Shown: positions 27,101 to 42,100 of the stretch, piece after piece
How the letters are laid out: the number at the start of each line of letters is the position of its first letter
Numbering within the stretch: position 1 is the first letter of the stretch
From: Balanoglossus misakiensis
Lineage: Eukaryota > Animalia > Hemichordata
NCBI GenBank assembly: GCA_040954595.2
Contig: CM082594.2
Location: 3,519,319-3,583,318 of the forward strand
Direction: 5' to 3'
Length of the DNA stretch: 64,000 nt
Notes under the pieces: model-generated
Databases searched by the model: none
The model's input: the letters and a program-made list of their open reading frames with translations, nothing else
Told to the model about the DNA's origin: nothing
Program-made: the position numbers and the translations under genes

Positions 27101-30100
27101 ATGAACTTAAAATCTATTTGAAGTATCTGAAATTCCATCGCTGTAACTCATTTTATGAATGTTTTATAATGGAGTGTGCATCGGTGACTTATATTGAAAA
27201 TGAGGAAGAGGTCAACAAAATCAAACGGTTTTTTCTTCACTTAATTTCAACTGTGGAATAATTATATTTCAGACATAGTACCACCTGAGTTTACCTTCTG
27301 TCCCGACAACATAACTACAACAACTGATCCTGGACTCAGTGTCTCCAATGTCTCCTGGACGGAACCTGGTGTATCTGATAATTCAGGACAAATGCCTTAC
27401 ATTTCCCAAACACACTTGCCTGGTTCTCATTTTGCCATTGGTAGTACATGGGTGACATATACTGCATGGGACAACTATGGAAACGAGGCTGAATGTAGAT
27501 TTCTCATTAACGTTCAAGGTAATTTTGACACTATGAATGAACTTATAATGCCACTTATGTATCTAACGTTGCATATATGTAACCACTATGGGTTTTACAG
27601 ATATTCCTAATTCATAGTTGATTTGTTACATGTAGTGACGTATTGAGAAAGAGCAAAAAATCCAAATGAATTTCCTTGTATTAATTTGCACTGTGTAATT
27701 ATTGTGTTGTAGACATGGAACCACCCGAGTTTACTTTCTGTCCCAACAACATTACTACATCAGCTGATACTGGACTCAGTGTCGCCAATGTCTCCTGGAC
27801 AGAACCTGGTGTATCTGATAATTCAGGACAAATGCCTTACATTTCCCAAACACACTTGCCTGGTTCTCATTTTGCCATTGGTAGTACACGGGTGACATAT
27901 ACTGCATGGGACAACTATGGAAACGAGGCTGAATGCAAATTTGTTGTTAACGTCGAAGGTGAGTTGCCCGTGAGAATGAATTTACAAAGTGCATAGAGTA
28001 TCTCAAGTTACATATCCGTAACATGTTACAGTCCGTTTTTCACACACATTTACCATATGGGTCGGATTTGTGACACATAGTTACATATGGAGGAAGATAA
28101 CAATAAAGCCAAATCAATTTCCCTTATATTAAATTGCACAACCGAATTATTATGATGCAGATTTGGAATATCCCGAGTGCATTGGGGAGATAAGATTTTA
28201 TTCATATATTGTAAAATTTAAGGCTGAATTTAGATTTTTTTTAAAATTGTTTGAGGGGTTGAAGGAAAATAATTTTTTAACCCTTATATATTTTTCATTG
28301 TGTGTTTATACCATTCAGCTCTGCCATGTCCTGTCTTACTCACTCCAACATCTGGATATGTGGACTGTACAAATGGATTCCTTTACAATAGCACATGTAT
28401 ATTCAGCTGTGATGAAGGATTTGAAGGAAGTGGTACTGTAGTTAGAACTTGTCAATCAAACCAAGAATGGGATGCATCAGACAACTTTACATGTTTAGGT
28501 GAGTAATCATTCTTAAATGGAAAGATGCGTTAACGTACATCGCTTGACAGATTTACTGTGAAAATAACACTTAATATTGGAGGATATAATAATTTATTTG
28601 ATTTAAAGGGTCAACAGATAACAATCGAATGTTTATCCCTTATGTACTTTCCCTGTGTTTTGATCCCATTCAGCTCTGCCATGTCCTGTATTACTTACTC
28701 CAACATCCGGACATGTGGACTGTACACATGGATTCCTTTACAATAGCACATGTATATTCAGCTGTGATGAAGGATTTGAAGGAAGTGGTACTGTAGTTAG
28801 AACTTGTCAATCAAACCAAGAATGGGATGCATCGGACAACTTCACATGTTCAGGTGAGTAATTATTATCAAATGGAAGGATATGGTTACATACATCGCTT
28901 GATAGATTCACTGTGAAAATAACAGTTTGTGTCTAGAACAGATTGGAGGATATAGGGATTTATTTCAAATGTTTAACCCTTATATGCTTTTCCCCATGCA
29001 TTTATACCATTCAGCCCTCCCATGTCCTGTCTTACTCACTCCAACATCTGGATATGTGGACTGTACAAATGGATTCCTTTACAATAGCACATGTTCATTC
29101 AGCTGTGATGAAGGATTTGAAGGAAGTGGAACTATAGTTAGAACTTGTCAATCAAACCAAGAATGGGATGCATCGGACAACTTCACATGTTTAGGTGAGT
29201 AATTATTATCAAATGGAAGGATATGGTAACATACATCGCTTGATAAATTCACTGTGAAAATAACAGTTTGTGTCTAGAACAGATTGGAGGATATAGGGAT
29301 TTATTTCAAATGTTTAACCCTTATATGCTTTTCCCTATGTATTTATACCATTCAGCCCTCCCATGTCCTGTCTTACTCACTCCAACATCTGGATATGTGG
29401 ACTGTACAAATGGATTCCTTTACAATAGCACATGTATATTCAGCTGTGATGAAGGATTTGAAGGAAGTGGTACTGTAGTCAGAACTTGTCAATCAAACCA
29501 AGAATGGGATGAATCAGACAACTTTACATGTTCAGGTGAGTAATCATTCTTAAATGGAAAGATAAGTTCACGTACATCGCTTGATAGATTTACTGTGAAA
29601 ATAACACTTAATATTGGAGGATATAATAAATTTATTTGATTTAAAGGATTCACAGATACAATTTTTTAACCTTTATATGTTGTTACTTGTCTATTTATAC
29701 CATTCAGCTCTGCCATGTCCTGTCTTACTTACTCCAACATCTGGATATGTGGACTGTACAAACGGATTCCTTTACAATAGCACATGTATATTCAGCTGTG
29801 ATGAAGGATTTGAAGGAAGTGGTACTGTAGTTAGAACTTGTCAATCAAACCAAGAATGGGATGCATCAGACAACTTTACATGTTTAGGTGAGTAATCATT
29901 CTTAAATGGAAAGATGCGTTAACGTACATCGCTTGACAGATTTACTGTGAAAATAACACTTAATATTGGAGGATATAATAATTTATTTGATTTAAAGGGT
30001 CAACAGATAACAATCGAATGTTTATCCCTTATGTACTTTCCCTGTGTTTTGATCCCATTCAGCTCTGCCATGTCCTGTATTACTTACTCCAACATCCGGA

Positions 30101-33100
30101 CATGTGGACTGTACAAATGGATTCCTTTACAATAGCACATGTTCATTCAGCTGTGATGAAGGATTTGAAGGAAGTGGTACTATAGTTAGAACTTGTCAAT
30201 CAAACCAAGAATGGGATGCATCGGACAACTTCACATGTTTAGGTGAGTAATTATTATCAAATGGAAGGATATGGTAACATACATCGCTTGATAAATTCAC
30301 TGTGAAAATAACAGTTTGTGTCTAGAACAGATTGGAGGATATAGGGATTTATTTCAAATGTTTAACCCTTATATGCTTTTCCCCATGCATTTATACCATT
30401 CAGCCCTCCCATGTCCTGTCTTACTCACTCCAACATCTGGATATGTGGACTGTACAAATGGATTCCTTTACAATAGCACATGTTCATTCAGCTGTGTTGA
30501 AGGATTTGAAGGAAGTGGTACTGTAGTCAGATCTTGTCAATCAAACCAAGAATGGGATGAATCAGACAACTTTACATGTTCAGGTGAGTAATCATTCTTA
30601 AATGGAAAGATAAGTTCACGTACATCGCTTGATAGATTTACTGTGAAAATAACACTTAATATTGGAGGATATAATAAATTTATTTTATTTTTAATTATTC
30701 ACAGATACAATTTTTTAACCTTTATATGTTGTTACTTGTCTATTTATACCATTCAGCTCTGCCATGTCCTGTCTTACTTACTCCAACATCTGGATATGTG
30801 GACTGTACAAACGGATTCCTTTACAATAGCACATGTATATTCAGCTGTGATGAAGGATTTGAAGGAAGTGGTACTATAGTTAGAACTTGTCAATCAAACC
30901 AAGAATGGGATGCGTCAGACAACTTCACATGTTCAGGTGAGTCATCATTCTTAAATGGAAAGATGCGTTAACTTACATCGCTTGTTAGATTCACTGTGAA
31001 AATAACACTTTGTGTCCAGAATAGATTGGAGGATATAATTATTTATTTGATTTGAAGGATTGACAGATACAATTTTTTAACCCTTATATGTTTTTAATTG
31101 TGTATTTATACTATTCAGCTCTGCCATGTCCTGTCTTACTTACTCCAACATCTGGATATGTGGAATGTACAAATGGATTCCTTTACAATAGCACATGTTC
31201 ATTCAGCTGTGATGAAGGATTTGAAGGAAGTGGTACTGTAGTTAGAACTTGTCAATCAAACCAAGAATGGGATGCATCGGACAACTTCACATGTTCAGGT
31301 GAGTAATTATTATCAAATGGAAGGATATGGTTACATACATCGCTTGATAGATTCACTGTGAAAATAACAGTTTGTGTCTAGAACAGATTGGAGGATATAA
31401 TTATTTATTTGATTTGAAGGATTGACAGATACAATTTTTTAACCCTTATATGTTTTTAATTGTGTATTTATACTATTCAGCTCTGCCATGTCCTGTCTTA
31501 CTTACTCCAACATCTGGATATGTGGACTGTACAAATGGATTCCTTTACAATAGCACATGTTCATTCAGCTGTGATGAAGGATTTGAAGGAAGTGGTACTA
31601 TAGTTAGAACTTGTCAATCAAACCAAGAATGGGATGCATCAGACAACTTCACATGTTTAGGTGAGTAATTATTATCAAATGGAAGGATATGGTAACATAC
31701 ATCGCTTGATAAATTCACTGTGAAAATAACAGTTTGTGTCTAGAACAGATTGGAGGATATAGGGATTTATTTCAAATGTTTAACCCTTATATGCTTTTCC
31801 CTATGTATTTATACCATTCAGCCCTCCCATGTCCTGTCTTACTCACTCCAACATCTGGATATGTGGACTGTACAAATGGATTCCTTTACAATAGCACATG
31901 TATATTCAGCTGTGATGAAGGATTTGAAGGAAGTGGTACTGTAGTCAGAACTTGTCAATCAAACCAAGAATGGGATGAATCAGACAACTTTACATGTTCA
32001 GGTGAGTAATCATTCTTAAATGGAAAGATAAGTTCACGTACATCGCTTGATAGATTTACTGTGAAAATAACACTTAATATTGGAGGATATAATAAATTTA
32101 TTTGATTTAAAGGATTCACAGATACAATTTTTTAACCTTTATATGTTGTTACTTGTCTATTTATACCATTCAGCTCTGCCATGTCCTGTCTTACTTACTC
32201 CAACATCTGGATATGTGGACTGTACAAACGGATTCCTTTACAATAGCACATGTATATTCAGCTGTGATGAAGGATTTGAAGGAAGTGGTACTGTAGTTAG
32301 AACATGTCAATCAAACCAAGAATGGGATGCGTCAGACGACTTCACATGTTCAGGTGAGTAATTATTATCGAATGGAAAGATATGATAACGTACATCGCTT
32401 GACAGAATCACTATGAAAATAACAATTTGTGTCAGGAATAGATTGGAGGATATATGGATGCATTTGATTTACTTGATTGATTTATTTTAATCAGACAATA
32501 GCGCAGCACATCGCAGTCCGCTACGCGTCGGGCGATACCAGGCACTTATGTCCTAGTGCATACTTTACGATATTATCGTAATAACCTCATTTTATTATGC
32601 ATCTTACATATCCATTACTTCTTGTGTTGCATGTTACTTGGCTTTCAAAACGCCCAAAATGCCGATACAATCGATGGAAAACCGCTCAGCTGAAGCAATG
32701 AGCAGCCATCTTTCATTTTTGTTTACATGCGTTGGATTGGGGGTGATTTGAAACCGTCCGCGCCTTGAAACTTAAAACGTATTAAACACGCGTTCCATAC
32801 GTACCGTTTTTAGAGCACGCAAAATTCTATTGTTCTCGGTGCCAGATGTATAATAACAACTTGTATCTTGCTTTTATGTTTCTATTTCAATTTATTATTT
32901 TGCAGACGCTGAACCACCTGTGTTTCTAGAATGTCCTGATAACATCACCATATATATCGACTTGGGACAAACTGAGGCCAACGTTACTTGGACTGAACCA
33001 AATGTAACTGATAACAACGGAAAAACACCTTTGATTAACCGGACACACTCACCTGGGTCAAATTTTTCCATTGGAATTACCTCTGTGACATATACTGTTA

Positions 33101-36100
33101 TATTTGAAGGAGGCATCGTGGTTGAATGCAGATTTTACATTATTGTCATAGGTAGGATTTATAACGAGCTACTCTTCTTAATTCGTCAACGTGTGTAACG
33201 TGCCATGCTGAAAAATTGATAGTGACATTATTTATATTTGACATCTCATCATTGTGGTTTAATTGATTCATAACGTTTCACCTGTGTGATTGGAATACAG
33301 TCCAAAACTATTATGATTATCCATTTAGTCAAGATTAAAAAACAACGGCTGCTTCAATAACTGAAGGCAAAACAACTGTTAAAACAACAGCTGCTGACAC
33401 AACTTCTTAAGTTACAACTACATACCACTGAATCTAGCTTTTATGTTTCTATTTCAAATTGTTATTCTACATATTATTAACCACATGTTTTTCTAGACTG
33501 TCCTGGTAACAGCATCCTATTTATCAACCCGGGACTAACTGTGGTCATCGTTACGTGGACGGAATCAGCTTTAAAAGGTGGCGATGGACTATTACTTTCA
33601 TGGACACACTCTCCTGGATCACAGTTTCCACTTGGAATTACCTACGTGACATATACTTTTATATTTGAAGTAGGCATCGTGGTTGAATGCAGATTTTACA
33701 TTATTGTCATAGGTAGGTTTACAACGAGCTACTCTTCTTAATTCATCAACGTGTGTAACCCCCCAAGCTTATAATTTGATAGTGACATTGTTTATAATTG
33801 ACATCTCATTATTGTGGTTTAATTGATACATATCATATCACCAGTGTGACTTGAATAAAGTCCAAAACTATTATGATTATCCATTTTGTCAAGATTGAAA
33901 AAACAAACGGCTGCTTCAATAACTGAGGGCGTAACAACTGTTGTAGCAACAGTACCTTACACGACATCTGACGTTACAACTACCACTTAATCTTGCTTTT
34001 ATGTTTTATTTTAATCATTATTTTGCATTCACTGAACCATCTGTGTTTCTAGACTGTCCAGCTGACATCATCATAATTATCAAATCGGGACTAACTGTTG
34101 TTATCGTCACGTGGACGGAACCAGTTGTTAAAGATGAGAACGGAACCTCAGCTATAGCTAGCCAGTCACACTCACCAGGGTCACAATTTCCAATTGGAAT
34201 TACCACCGTGACATATACTTTCAAATTTGAAGCAGGCATCATGCCTGAATGCAGATTTTCCATTATTGTCATAGGTAGGATTTATTTAAGCTACTCTTCT
34301 TAATTTGTCCACCTGTGTAACTTCCCAAGCTGATAATTTGATAGAAACATTGTTTTTGTTTGACATCTCATTATTGTGGTTTAATTGATACATTGCATAT
34401 CACCTGTGTGACTTGAATAAAGTCCAAAACTATTATGATTATCCATTTAGTCAAGATTGAAATAACAATAGCAACTTCTATAACTGAAGGTTTCACAACT
34501 GTTGAAACAACAGCAGCTGACATAATATCTAAAGTTACAACTACCACTTAATCTCGCTTTAATGTTTCTATTTCTAATTTTTATTCCACATACACTGAAC
34601 CACCTGTGTTTCCAGACTGTCCTGATAATATCACCATATATATTGACCCGGGACAAACTGAGGCCAACGTTACGTGGGCGGAACCAAATGTAACAGCTTT
34701 GGTTAACCAGACACACTCATCTGGGTCACAGTTTCCAATTGGAATTACCAACGTGAAATATACATTCATATTTGAAGCAGGCATCGTGGCTGAATGCAGA
34801 TTTTACATTACTGTCATAGGTAAGATTTATTACGAGCTACTCATTATGCGAGACAAAACTCCGGTACATGTATTTTCAGACAATTTCATACACACGTACT
34901 TTAAGAACACCCAATACCTTGCAGAGACAAACAATGACAAGATGTTATAACTAAATCATACAAAACGATGTAAACGGACCGACACACGTTTAAATCCATT
35001 TCATTTGTCATTAAATCATTCAAAAAGACATGACTCTCCTCTGAGCCCTACAAAATTTAATAACTCCCACATTTTTATATGTATCACCCTCTTATTGTAA
35101 AACATTTCATTAAAAGAGTAATATTCTTCATACAGTTCTTTAGAACAACCTTTCTGAAAACTCAAAATGAGTCAACATTCCTGCCTTCTGAAATTGGTGT
35201 GTGGTAGGTCTGGGTTTGAATCCGATGTAAAATAACATGATTTGTAAACATTACTAACTCAACCTCCAACAACTGTCCTGACAAGAGCAGGTGCTTCGAC
35301 ACCACAGGCTCTAACCACTGAACTCAAACCACTGCAAAAACAACTCAGCAACCTTCTTCTCTTGTCTCATCTGCCTACCACAGCGAATTCAACTACTGAA
35401 TCAACAACTCAATCTCCAACAACTGTCTTGACAACAGAAAGGGCGACGACACAACCTCTTCCAACAACTGTGCTGACAACAGAAGGGGCGACAACACAAC
35501 TTCTTCCAACAACTGTGCTGACAACAGAAGGGTATACAACACAACCTCCTCCAACAACTGTGCTGACAACAGAAGGGGCAACAACACCACAGCCTCCAAC
35601 AACTGTGCTGACAACAGAAAGGGCGACAACACAACCTCTTCCAACAACTGTTCTGACAACAGTAGGCGAACCACCTGTGTTTCTAGAATGTCCTGATAAC
35701 ATCACCATATACATCGACCCGGGACAAACTGAGGCCAACGTTACGTGGATGGAACCAACTGTAAATGATACCAGCGGACAAACACCTTTGGTTAACCAGA
35801 CACACTCACCTGGGTCAAACTTTTCCATTGGAATTACCTCTGTGACATATACTTTTATATTTGAAGATGGCATCGTGGTTGAATGCAGATTTTACATTAT
35901 TGTCATAGGTAGGATTTATAACGAGCTACTCTTCTTAATTCGTCAACGTGTGTAGCCTCCCAAGCTGATAATTTGATAGTGACATTGTTTATATTTGACA
36001 TCTCATCATTGTGGTTTAATTGATTCATAACGTTTCACCTGTGTGATTGGAATAAAGTCCAAAACTATTATGATTATCCATTTAGTCAATATTAAAAAAC

Positions 36101-39100
36101 AACGGCTGCTTCAATAACTGAAGGCGAAACAACTGTTGAAACAACAGCTGCTGACACAACTTCTTAAGTTACAACTACATACCACTGAATCTCGCTGTTA
36201 TGTTTCTATTTCAAATTGTTATTCTACATATTATTAACCACATGTTTTTCTAGACTGTCCTGGTGACAGCGTCATATTTATCAACCCGGGACTAACTGTG
36301 GTCATCGTTCCGTGGACGGAATCAGCTTTAAAAGGTGGCGACGGACTATTACTTTCATGGACACACTCTCCTGGATCACAGTTTCCACTTGGAATTACCT
36401 ACGTGACATATACTTTTATATTTGAAGTAGGCATCGTGGTTGAATGCAGATTTTACATTATTGTCATAGGTAGGTTTATAACGAGCTACTCTTCTTAATT
36501 CGTCAACGTCTGTAACCCCCCAAGCTTATAATTAGACAGTGACATTGTTTATGATTGACATCTCATTATTGTGGTTTAATTGATACATATCATATCACCA
36601 GTGTGACTTGAATAAAGTCCAAAACTATTATGATTATTCATTTTGTCAAGATTGAAAAAACAAACGGCTGCTTCAATAACTGAGGGCGTAACAACTGTTG
36701 TAGCAACAGTACCTTACACGACATCTGACGTTACAACTACCACTTAATCTTGCTTTTATGTTTTATTTTAATTATTATTTTGCATTCACTTAACCATCTG
36801 TGTTTCTAGACTGTCCAGCTGACATCATCATAATTATCAACCCGGGACTAACTGTGGTCATCGTTACGTGGACGGAATCAGCTTTAAAAGGTGGCGACGG
36901 ACTATTACTTTCATGGACACACTCACCTGGATCACAGTTTCCACTTGGAATTACCTACGTGACATATACTTTTATATTTGAAGTAGGCATCGTGGTTGAA
37001 TGCAGATTTTACATTATTGTCATAGGTAGGTTTACAACGAGCTACTCTTCTTAATTCATCAACGTGTGTAACCCCCCAAGCTTATAATTTGATAGTGACA
37101 TTGTTTATAATTGACATCTCATTATTGTGGTTTAATTGATACATATCATATCACCTGTGTGACTTGAATTAAGTCCAAAACTATTATGATTATCCATTTT
37201 GTCAAGATTGAAAAAACAAACGGCTGCTTCAATAACTGAGGGCGTAACAACTGTTGTAGCAACAGTACCTTACACGACATCAGACGTTACAACTAACACT
37301 TAATCTTGCTTTTATGTTTTATTTTAATCATTATTTTGCATTCACTGAACCATCTGTGTTTCTAGACTGTCCAGCTGACATCATCATAATTATCAAATCG
37401 GGACTAACTGTTGTTATCGTCACGTGGACGGAACCAGTTGTTAAAGATGAGAACGGAACCTCAGCTATAGCTAGCCAGTCACACTCACCAGGGTCACAAT
37501 TTCCAATTGGAATTACCACCGTGACATATACTTTCAAATTTGAAGCAGGCATCATGCCTGAATGCAGATTTTCCATTATTGTCATAGGTAGGATTTATTT
37601 AAGCTACTCTTCTTAATTTGTCCACCTGTGTAACTTCCCAAGCTGATAATTTGATAGAAACATTGTTTTTGTTTGACATCTCATTATTGTGGTTTAATTG
37701 ATACATTGCATATCACCTGTGTGACTTGAATAAAGTCCAAAACTATTATGATTATCCATTTAGTCAAGATTGAAATAACAATAGCAACTTCTATAACTGA
37801 AGGTTTCACAACTGTTGAAACAACAGCAGCTGACATAATATCTAAAGTTACAACTACCACTTAATCTCGCTTTAATGTTTCTATTTCTAATTTTTATTCC
37901 ACATACACTGAACCACCTGTGTTTCCAGACTGTCCTGATAATATCACCATATATATTGACCCGGGACAAACTGAGGCCAACGTTACGTGGGCGGAACCAA
38001 ATGTAACAGCTTTGGTTAACCAGACACACTCATCTGGGTCACAGTTTCCAATTGGAATTACCAACGTGACATATACATTCATATTTGAAGCAGGCATCGT
38101 GGCTGAATGCAGATTTTACATTACTGTCATAGGTAAGATTTATTACGAGCTACTCATTATGCGAGACAAAACTCCGGTACATGTATTTTCAGACAATTTC
38201 ATATACACGTACTTTAAGAACACCAAATACCTTGCAGAGACAAACAATGACAAGATGTTATAACTAAATCATACAAAACGATGTAAACGGACCGACACAC
38301 GTTTAAATCCATTTCATTTGTCATTAAATCATTCAAAAAGACATGACTCTCCTCTGAGCCCTACAAAATTTAATAACTCCCACATTTTTATATGTATCAC
38401 CCTCTTATTGTTAAACATTTCATTAAAAGAGTAATATTCTTCATACAGTTCTTTAGAACAACCTTTCTGAAAACTCAAAATGAGTCAACATTCCTGCCTT
38501 CTGAAATTGGTGTGTGGTAGGTCTGGGTTTGAATCCGATGTAAAATAACATGATTTGTAAACATTACTAACTCAACCTCCAACAACTGTCCTGACAAGAG
38601 CAGGTGCTTCGACACCACAGGCTCTAACCACTGAACTCAAACCACTGTAAAAACAACTCAGCAACCTTCTTCTCTTGTCTCATCTGCCTACCACAGCGAA
38701 TTCAACTACTGAATCAACAACTCAATCTCCAACAACTGTCTTGACAACAGAAAGGGCGACGACACAACCTCTTCCAACAACTGTGCTGACAACAGAGGGG
38801 GCGACAACACAACCTCCTTCAACAACTGTGCTGACAACAGAAGGGGCAACAACACAACTTCTTCCAACAACTGTGCTGACAACAGAAGGGTATACAACAC
38901 AACCTCCTCCAACAACTGTGATGACAACAGAAGGGGCAACAACACCACAGCCTCCAACAACTGTGCTGACAACAGAAAGGGCGACAACACAACCTCTTCC
39001 AACAACTGTTCTGACAACAGTAGGCGAACCACCTGTGTTTCTAGAATGTCCTGATAACATCACCATATACATCGACCCGGGACAAACTGAGGCCAACGTT

Positions 39101-42100
39101 ACGTGGATGGAACCAACTGTAAATGATACCAGCGGACAAACACCTTTGGTTAACCAGACACACTCACCTGGGTCAAACTTTTCCATTGGAATTACCTCTG
39201 TGACATATACTTTTATATTTGAAGATGGCATCGTGGTTGAATGCAGATTTTACATTATTGTCATAGGTAGGATTTATAACGAGCTACTCTTCTTAATTCG
39301 TCAACGTGTGTAACCTCCCAAGCTGATAATTTGATAGTGACATTGTTTATATTTGACATCTCATCATTGTGGTTTAATTGATTCATAACGTTTCACCTGT
39401 GTGATTGGAATAAAGTCCAAAACTATTATGATTATCCATTTAGTCAAGATTAAAAAACAACGGCTGCTTCAATAACTGAAGGCGTAACAACTGTTGAAAC
39501 AACAGCTGCTGACACAACTTCTTAAGTTACAACTACATACCACTGAATCTCGCTGTTATGTTTCTATTTCAAATTGTTATTCTACATATTATTAACCACA
39601 TGTTTTTCTAGACTGTCCTGGTGACAGCGTCATATTTATCAACCCGGGACTAACTGTGGTCATCGTTACGTGGACGGAATCAGCTTTAAAAGGTGGCGAC
39701 GGACTATTACTTTCATGGACACACTCTCCTGGATCACAGTTTCCACTTGGAATTACCTACGTGACATATACTTTTATATTTGAAGTAGGCATCGTGGTTG
39801 AATGCAGATTTTACATTGTTGTCATAGGTAGGTTTACAACGAGCTACTCTTCTTAATTCATCAACCTGTGTAACCCCCAAGCTTATAATTTGATAGTGAC
39901 ATTGTTTATAATTGACATCTCATTATTGTGGTTTAATTGATACATAACATATCACCTGTGTGACTTGAATTAAGTCCAAAACTATTATGATTATCCATTT
40001 TGTCAAGATTGAAAAAACAAACGGCTGCTTCAATAACTGAGGGCGTAAAGCAACAGTACCTTACACGACATCTGACGTTACAACTACCACTTAATCTTGC
40101 TTTTATGTTTTATTTTAATCATTATTTTGCATTCACTGAACCATCTGTGTTTCTAGACTGTCCAGCTGACATCATCATAATTATCAAATCGGGACTAACT
40201 GTTGTTATCGTCACGTGGATGGAACCAGTTGTTAAAGATGAGAACGGAACCTCAGCTATAGCTAGCCAGTCACACTCACCAGGGTCACAATTTCCAATTG
40301 GAATTACCACCGTGACATATACTTTCAAATTTGAAGCAGGCATCATGCCTGAATGCAGATTTTCCATTATTGTCATAGGTAGGATTTATTTAAGCTACTC
40401 TTCTTAATTTGTTCACCTGTGTAACTTCCCAAGCTGATAATTTGATAGAAACATTGTTTTTGTTTGACATCTCATTATTGTGTTTTCATTGATTCATAAC
40501 ATTTCACCTGTGTGATTTGAATAAAGTCCAAACTGTTATGATTATCCATTTAGTCAAGATTGAAATAACAATAGCAACTTCTATAACTGAAGGTTTCACA
40601 ACTGTTGAAACAACAGCAGCTGACATAATATCTAAAGTTACAACTACCACTTAATCTCGCTTTAATGTTTCTATTTCTAATTTTTATTCCACATACACTG
40701 AACCACCTGTGTTTCCAGACTGTCCTGATAATATCACCATATATATTGACCCGGGACAAACTGAGGCCAACGTTACGTGGGCGGAACCAAATGTAACAGC
40801 TTTGGTTAACCAGACACACTCATCTGGGTCACAGTTTCCAATTGGAATTACCAACGTGACATATACATTCATATTTGAAGCAGGCATCGTGGCTGAATGC
40901 AGATTTTACATAACTGTCATAGGTAAGATTTATTACGAGCTACTCATTATGCGAGACAAAACTCCGGTACATGTATTTTCAGACAATTTCATACACACGT
41001 ACTTTTAGAACACCCAATACCTTGCAGAGACAAACAATGACAAGATGTTATAACTAAATCATACAAAACGATGTAAACGGACCGTCACACGTTTAAATCC
41101 ATTTCATTTGTCATTAAATCATTCAAAATGACATGACTCTCCTCTGAGCCCTACACAATTTAATAACTCCCACATTTTTATATGTATCACCCTCTTATTG
41201 TAGAACATTTCATTAAAAGAGTAATATTCTTCATACAGTTCTTTACAACAACCTTTCTGAAAACTCAAAATGAGTCAACATTCCTGCCTTCTGAAATTGG
41301 TGTGTGGTAGGTCTGGGTTTGAATCCAATGTAAAATAACATGATTTGTAAACATTACTAACTCAACCTCCAACAACTGTCCTGACAAGAGCAGGTGCTTC
41401 GACACCACAGGCTCTAACCACTGAACTCAAACCACTGCAAAGACAACAAAGCAACCTTCTTCTCTTGTCTCATCTGCCTACCACAGCGAATTCAACTACT
41501 GAATCAACAACTCAATCTCCATCAAGTGTGCTGACAACAGAAGGGGCAACAACGGACCCTCTTGCAACAACTGTTCTGACAACACGAAGGGTTACGACAA
41601 CACAGCCTCCAACAACTGTTCTGACAACAGAAGGTGATATGACAACACAGCCTCCAACAACTGTTCTGACAAGAGAAGGTGATATGACACCACAGCCTCC
41701 AACAACTGTTCTGACAACAGGAGGGGTTACGACGACTCAGCCTCCAACATCTGTTCTGACAACAGAAGGTGATATGTTACCACAGCTTCCAACAACTTTA
41801 CTGACAAATGAAGGCAAAATGAACTGTACAAATGATTTCTACTACAACATTGTGGGCACATTCAGCTGTGAAACAGGCATTGATGAATATTGTCTATTTA
41901 TACGATATAGTTCTGACATGTCCTGTCTTACTTACTCCAAATCTAAAAATCTAAAATGTACAAACGGATTCCTCAAATGAAAAGCTCTAACTTACTTCTT
42001 GCATCTTGCTTATAATGTTTCTATTTCAAATTATTATTCTGTAGACACTGAACCACCTGTGTTTCTAGACTGTCCAGCTGACATCATCATATATATCGAC

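Noticed and set aside
21753-27996. Each MEPPEF... ORF as an independent small gene
   Set aside because: The ATG lies 2 nt after a splice acceptor (D-M codons), several copies have I/T/K instead of M, and each has a GT donor before the stop, so these are internal exons.
21334-32353. Dscam-style mutually exclusive splicing via docking/selector sequences
   Set aside because: I found no complementary docking element by eye, and the introns (mostly about 135-200 nt) are long enough for consecutive inclusion, so tandem inclusion is the simpler reading until RNA data are available.
35401-35634. Cys-rich keratin-associated/metallothionein-like ORF ([12 protein letters not shown])n
   Set aside because: Alternative antisense frame of the 45-bp PTS repeat.
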